Positions 25,535-27,780 of a DNA stretch of 27,780 nt are shown one piece after another. The notes under the pieces are model-generated. The model saw only the letters and a program-made list of their open reading frames with translations. It searched no databases and had not been told where the DNA came from. Each line of letters opens with the position of its first letter. The first letter of the stretch is position 1. The DNA comes from a virus (lineage: Duplodnaviria; Caudoviricetes): IMG/VR virus record IMGVR_UViG_3300037449_000224, positions 1 through 27,780 of that record; one strand, 5' to 3'. A program made the translations under genes and the position numbers.

Positions 25535-26774
25535 GAATCATTATCTCCCTTCTTTGTTCGTGAACTACCCCCTGCCTAAAGGCAGGGGCTTCTTGGGTCA
25601 AACGAACGAGATTAGTTCCTCTATTCTCACCAAGCGTTGATTTCCTACGTTCCGTAGGTATTTTGTTTCTGTTATCTAATCCTATATTTTTTATGTTGAT
25701 AGAAGCATTTATGTCTCTGTCGTGTATTGTTCCACATTCTTTGCAAGTCCACTCTCTATCTTTTAGTGTTAGTTCGTGATTTATTGTTCCACAGCTTGAA
25801 CAGAGTTTGGAACTTGGCTCAAACCTACCTATCTTGATTAGGTTCTTACCATACCATTTTGATTTGTATTCTAACTGTCTTACAAATTCAGACCAAGAAC
25901 AATCACTAATACTCTTTGCAAGTTTGTGGTTCTTTACCATACCAGAAATATTCAAATCTTCTATCACTATACTATTCACTTGGTTCTCGTGAGTTAGTTT
26001 GTGTGACAGTTTGTGCAAAAAATCCTTACGAACATTTGAAATCTTTTCGTGAATTTTTGCTACTACAAGTTTTGCCTTCGTTCTGTTCTTGCCTCCTTTG
26101 GTTCGTTTAGAAACTTTTTGTTGTCCCTTTTTTAGTTTGTGTTCGTATTGTTTTAAGGTCTTGGGGTTCGCTATCTTTTCCCCAGTTGAGAGAACCACAA
26201 AATCCTTGATACCTAAATCCAAACCTATCGTTGTCGCTTCTTTAATTACTTTTGGTTTCTTTACTACATCTTTGGTTTCAACCAAGATAGAAGCAAAATA
26301 TTTATTCGTGGTTGTATGTTTTATGGTTATCGTTTTAATCTTGCCTTCAAACTCTCTATGAAAACGTATTTCTATTGGTTTCATTTTTGGAACTAACAAC
26401 AAACGCTTTTCAAAATCAACATCCGCATGTTGTGGTATTGAATATGATTGTTTTGACTTATGTTTATTCTTGAACTTTGGAAAACCTTTCTTTGTTTTGA
26501 AGAAAGATTTATATGCCCTGTCTAAATGTTCAAGACTTGCTTGCAATGATTGTGAATTTACTTCCTTCAGCCACTTCGTATCTTCTGCTTTCTTTAGTTT
26601 TGGAAGGTCTGCTTGTATATCAAACCGTGATAGGTTCTTTTTGTCCGTAGTCCACGCCTTCATTTTCTTTTCTAAAGCGTAGTTATATATCCAACGACAA
26701 GAGCCTATGTGCTTTGCTATTTGTTCTCTCTGCTCTCTGTTTGGATATATCCTGTATTCAAACGCTTTTAACAT
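25521..26774 (-). CDS. tnpB: TnpB RNA-guided endonuclease (IS605 OrfB)
   Basis: KAFEYRIYPN HTH, RuvC-I GLDLG, RuvC-II IVIEDL, Zn finger CSSCG...CKECG, RuvC-III HDRDINA. The catalytic D-E-D is intact. Confidence 0.95.
   Translation of the reverse strand: MLKAFEYRIYPNREQREQIAKHIGSCRWIYNYALEKKMKAWTTDKKNLSRFDIQADLPKLKKAEDTKWLKEVNSQSLQASLEHLDRAYKSFFKTKKGFPKFKNKHKSKQSYSIPQHADVDFEKRLLLVPKMKPIEIRFHREFEGKIKTITIKHTTTNKYFASILVETKDVVKKPKVIKEATTIGLDLGIKDFVVLSTGEKIANPKTLKQYEHKLKKGQQKVSKRTKGGKNRTKAKLVVAKIHEKISNVRKDFLHKLSHKLTHENQVNSIVIEDLNISGMVKNHKLAKSISDCSWSEFVRQLEYKSKWYGKNLIKIGRFEPSSKLCSSCGTINHELTLKDREWTCKECGTIHDRDINASINIKNIGLDNRNKIPTERRKSTLGENRGTNLVRLTQEAPAFRQGVVHEQRREIMIHDKF
25540..25700 (-). ncRNA. Predicted TnpB omegaRNA/reRNA (scaffold in right end, guide from flank; 5' boundary approximate)
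   Basis: Inferred from established IS605 TnpB biology. The scaffold overlaps the tnpB 3' end and the RE hairpin; the guide would begin GAACAAAGAAGGGAGAUAAU. Confidence 0.55.
25569..25588. repeat. IS right-end subterminal palindrome
   Basis: cccctgcct-aa-aggcagggg is a perfect inverted repeat. Confidence 0.9.
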
Positions 26775-26777
26775 TGA

Positions 26778-27194
26778 CTACCTCTCTTGAAGTTTTCTTT
26801 GGTTCTCTACATACGCTTTCAAAATATCAATAGTTACATTTCCTGTTGTAGCAAGAAAATAAGAAGGCGACCAAAAACTATCACCCCATAACTTGTTCTT
26901 TAGAAAATCTTTATACTGTTCTCGTATTTTTCTTGAACTACTACCTTTCAAAGCATTAATGAATTTTGTTATATCAAGTGTTGGTTTAGACCTAAACAAA
27001 ATATGCAGGTGGTCTTCTCCGCACTCCTGTTCTATTATCTCAACCTCAAATGTTTTAGCAATGTCCTCTGTTATGTTTTTCAAAGACGATATGATGTCAT
27101 CCTTTACAAAAACTTTTTGTCTGTATTTTACGACAGAAATAAAGTGATAACAGAGTGAGAACACAGCATTGCTTGTCTTGTCTACTTTATACAT
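26778..27194 (-). CDS. tnpA: IS200-family Y1 (HUH) transposase TnpA
   Basis: YHFISVVKYR, DHLHIL (HUH), LKGSSS, FWSPSYF, catalytic YVENQ. Confidence 0.95.
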   Translation of the reverse strand: MYKVDKTSNAVFSLCYHFISVVKYRQKVFVKDDIISSLKNITEDIAKTFEVEIIEQECGEDHLHILFRSKPTLDITKFINALKGSSSRKIREQYKDFLKNKLWGDSFWSPSYFLATTGNVTIDILKAYVENQRKLQER

Positions 27195-27200
27195 CTATTG

Positions 27201-27234
27201 CCTCCTACTTTATATTTGCTACCTATTTCTTTAG
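27201..27234. repeat. 34-bp direct repeat, copy 1
   Basis: cctcctactttatatttgctacctatttctttag, identical to 27449-27482. Confidence 0.95.
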
Positions 27235-27444
27235 TACTGCCGCTACCATCATGTCGTACGCCTTATCTCTATCAGCGGTATTATCGAAGTACATTACCTT
27301 GGTTTCGGAATAATTCTTCATAGTTACAATAATATTATCAGCACTAGAAGAACTGAAAGCAATAATTTGACTCATATCTACCACGTGGCGGCCAGGAAGC
27401 ACCAGCCACACAATCAAAACAAGAAAAGATAGAAATTGTTTCAT
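27223..27444 (-). CDS. Small passenger protein (73 aa) with hydrophobic N-terminus, inside the IS
   Basis: MKQFLSFLVLIVWLVLPG...AVLKK; RBS AGGAGG from repeat copy 2 and stop codon inside repeat copy 1. Confidence 0.7.
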   Translation of the reverse strand: MKQFLSFLVLIVWLVLPGRHVVDMSQIIAFSSSSADNIIVTMKNYSETKVMYFDNTADRDKAYDMMVAAVLKK

Positions 27445-27448
27445 AAAT

Positions 27449-27482
27449 CCTCCTACTTTATATTTGCTACCTATTTCTTTAG
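27449..27482. repeat. 34-bp direct repeat, copy 2
   Basis: Identical to 27201-27234. Confidence 0.95.
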
Positions 27483-27490
27483 ACAACCGA

Positions 27491-27519
27491 AGTATACATT
27501 AGTTTCGGTCTAAAAGCAA
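27491..27519 (-). promoter_or_regulatory. Sigma70-type promoter driving passenger-tnpA-tnpB
   Basis: TTGCTT (27519-27514), 17-bp spacer, TATACT (27496-27491); overlapped by a small inverted repeat accgaa/ttcggt. Confidence 0.6.
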
Positions 27520-27540
27520 GTTCTAAAACTTCTAAACCTT

Positions 27541-27582
27541 ACGGTCTGTATCCCCCACCTAAAGGAAGGGGATTTATACCGT
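27541..27582. repeat. IS left-end subterminal imperfect hairpin
   Basis: acggt..atcccc..cct-aa-agg..ggggat..accgt; same TTTA loop core (minus strand) as the right-end hairpin. Confidence 0.85.
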
Positions 27583-27590
27583 TAAGTCGG

Positions 27591-27779
27591 TTAAATCCTC
27601 TTTTCTGCCACCGGCATTAACTTTTTAGCTTCTGGATGTTCCATATAAAATCGTTTCATACCAGCGGAACACTTAAGTAATGTCTCCGTTGACGGATGTT
27701 TACCTGTTTTAACTTTTGATAAAACCATCCTTTGTTCCTCTGACATCTTCTTTCCTTTGTTCCACGGAATTCTTGCCAT
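27591..27779 (-). CDS. NUMOD3-motif protein (homing-endonuclease-type DNA-binding repeats), possibly incomplete at the window edge
   Basis: PWNKGKKMSEEQRMVLS and TGKHPSTETLLKCS are two NUMOD3-like repeats. Confidence 0.7.
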   Translation of the reverse strand: MARIPWNKGKKMSEEQRMVLSKVKTGKHPSTETLLKCSAGMKRFYMEHPEAKKLMPVAEKRI

Positions 27780-27780
27780 A

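Larger units (their letters stand above)
25560..27590 (-). mobile_element. IS200/IS605-family element (tnpA + tnpB + passenger gene), 2031 bp, inserted 3' of TTTAA
   Basis: Left end: TTTAA|CCGACTTAACGGTAT-AAAT-CCCC hairpin, with guide AAAT at +16..+19. Right end: GAAG-CCCCTGCCTTTAGGCAGGGG-GTAGT-TCAC|. Both guide/cleavage pairs obey the IS608 pairing rule. Confidence 0.88.

Noticed and set aside
3131-27147. All plus-strand ORFs in the track (e.g. 3131-3496, 6786-7340, 23445-23765, 26893-27147)
   Set aside because: They are antisense shadows of well-supported minus-strand genes, with no motifs or clear RBS.
27201-27482. 34-bp repeats as a mini CRISPR array next to TnpB
   Set aside because: Only two copies, the intervening 214 bp is an ORF far longer than a spacer, and the repeat is non-palindromic and contains an RBS.
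27582-27585. Second TTAA as the IS left cleavage site
   Set aside because: It abuts the hairpin foot; only the TTAA at 27591-27594 puts the guide AAAT at the canonical +16..+19.
27591-27779. NUMOD3 ORF truncated by the IS insertion
   Set aside because: Its TAA stop lies in the target motif, which is outside the element, so it predates the insertion.
1-27780. Stop-codon reassignment, archaeal-virus origin, tRNA/rRNA genes
   Set aside because: Standard code gives dense full-length genes using TAA, TAG and TGA stops; core genes and SD/promoter signals are bacterial-type despite DUF366/DUF5591; the intergenic gaps show no tRNA-like structure.

Overview
A 27.8 kb AT-rich fragment of a large (jumbo-type) tailed bacteriophage genome. 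All credible genes are on the minus strand, tightly packed, and many have AGGAGG-type RBSs. In transcription order (right to left): a NUMOD3 ORF; a complete IS200/IS605 element (25560-27590) with tnpA, tnpB and a passenger gene flanked by perfect 34-bp direct repeats; a replication/nucleotide-modification operon; then, after an RBS-sequestering hairpin at about 12.0 kb, a block of unknown, probably virion/head proteins rich in K/R-x-A motifs, a SAM decarboxylase and a secreted protein. The operon holds DUF366, a dNMP kinase, FolE2, a phosphoribosyltransferase, a UDG-fused PolA, an ArcS-like DUF5591 protein, a class III aminotransferase, a PHP phosphoesterase, SSB, RuvC, a nucleoside deoxyribosyltransferase, RecA, QueD, a TOPRIM primase and a sigma-like HTH. 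The best candidate for an undescribed system is a 7-deazaguanine DNA-modification pathway combined with an unusual set of amine-handling and nucleotide-salvage enzymes. All calls come from motif recognition by eye; no database searches were run.
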